Origin: a virus
Taxonomy: Duplodnaviria > Caudoviricetes
Strand: one strand, 5' to 3'
IMG/VR virus record: IMGVR_UViG_3300037962_000579
Span: 1-47,480 of that record
DNA: 47,480 nucleotides
Shown: positions 47,461 to 47,480 of the stretch, one piece after another
Position numbering within the stretch: the stretch's first letter is position 1
Layout of the letters: each line of letters begins with the position of its first letter
Translations under genes and position numbers: made by a program
Notes under the pieces: model-generated
Seen by the model: only the letters and a program-made list of their open reading frames with translations
Databases searched by the model: none
Told to the model about the DNA's origin: nothing

Positions 47461-47480
47461 CACCCGAAGGGTGTATAGCA
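47461..47480 (+). promoter_or_regulatory. CACCC-GAA-GGGTG hairpin fused to the GTGTATAGCA motif
   Basis: Perfect 5-bp stem with GAA triloop; truncated by the window end. Confidence 0.4.

Noticed and set aside
1-47480. Stop-codon reassignment as in some crAss-like phages
   Set aside because: Genes are full length under the standard code, and TAA, TAG and TGA all end genes
1-47480. tRNA genes, integrase, reverse transcriptase/DGR, introns or inteins
   Set aside because: None recognised by eye; nrdA, terL and helicase are uninterrupted; intergenic gaps are mostly too small. A tRNAscan/Infernal run would be needed to exclude them fully

Overview
An AT-rich segment of a lytic tailed (podovirus-like) dsDNA phage, probably infecting marine Flavobacteriia/Bacteroidota (inferred from SD-less A-rich leaders, a signal peptide followed by Gln, and gene content resembling Cellulophaga phi38:1-like or distant crAss-like phages). 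Positions 1-7652 (+) are a replication and nucleotide-metabolism arm: SSB tail, primase-helicase, ThyA, MazG fusion, endonuclease I-like, NrdB, NrdA. Positions 7664-46953 (-) are one long morphogenesis/lysis arm: fibres, GroEL with two GroES-like genes, holin, terminase, portal, scaffold, MCP, tail proteins, a 1984-aa virion protein, small basic proteins, an envelope module and an M15 endolysin. A probable early region starts at about 47200 (+). The most notable signals form a hidden coding layer. (i) An in-frame G_GGA_AAG slippery site plus a well-formed H-type pseudoknot at codon 40 of the giant virion protein predicts a -1 frameshift giving a 76-aa product. (ii) Candidate +1-frame overprinted genes lie inside the scaffold, terminase and RNR genes. 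(iii) A GTGTATAGCA motif recurs at transcription-unit boundaries. Family assignments come from motif recognition only; no searches were run.
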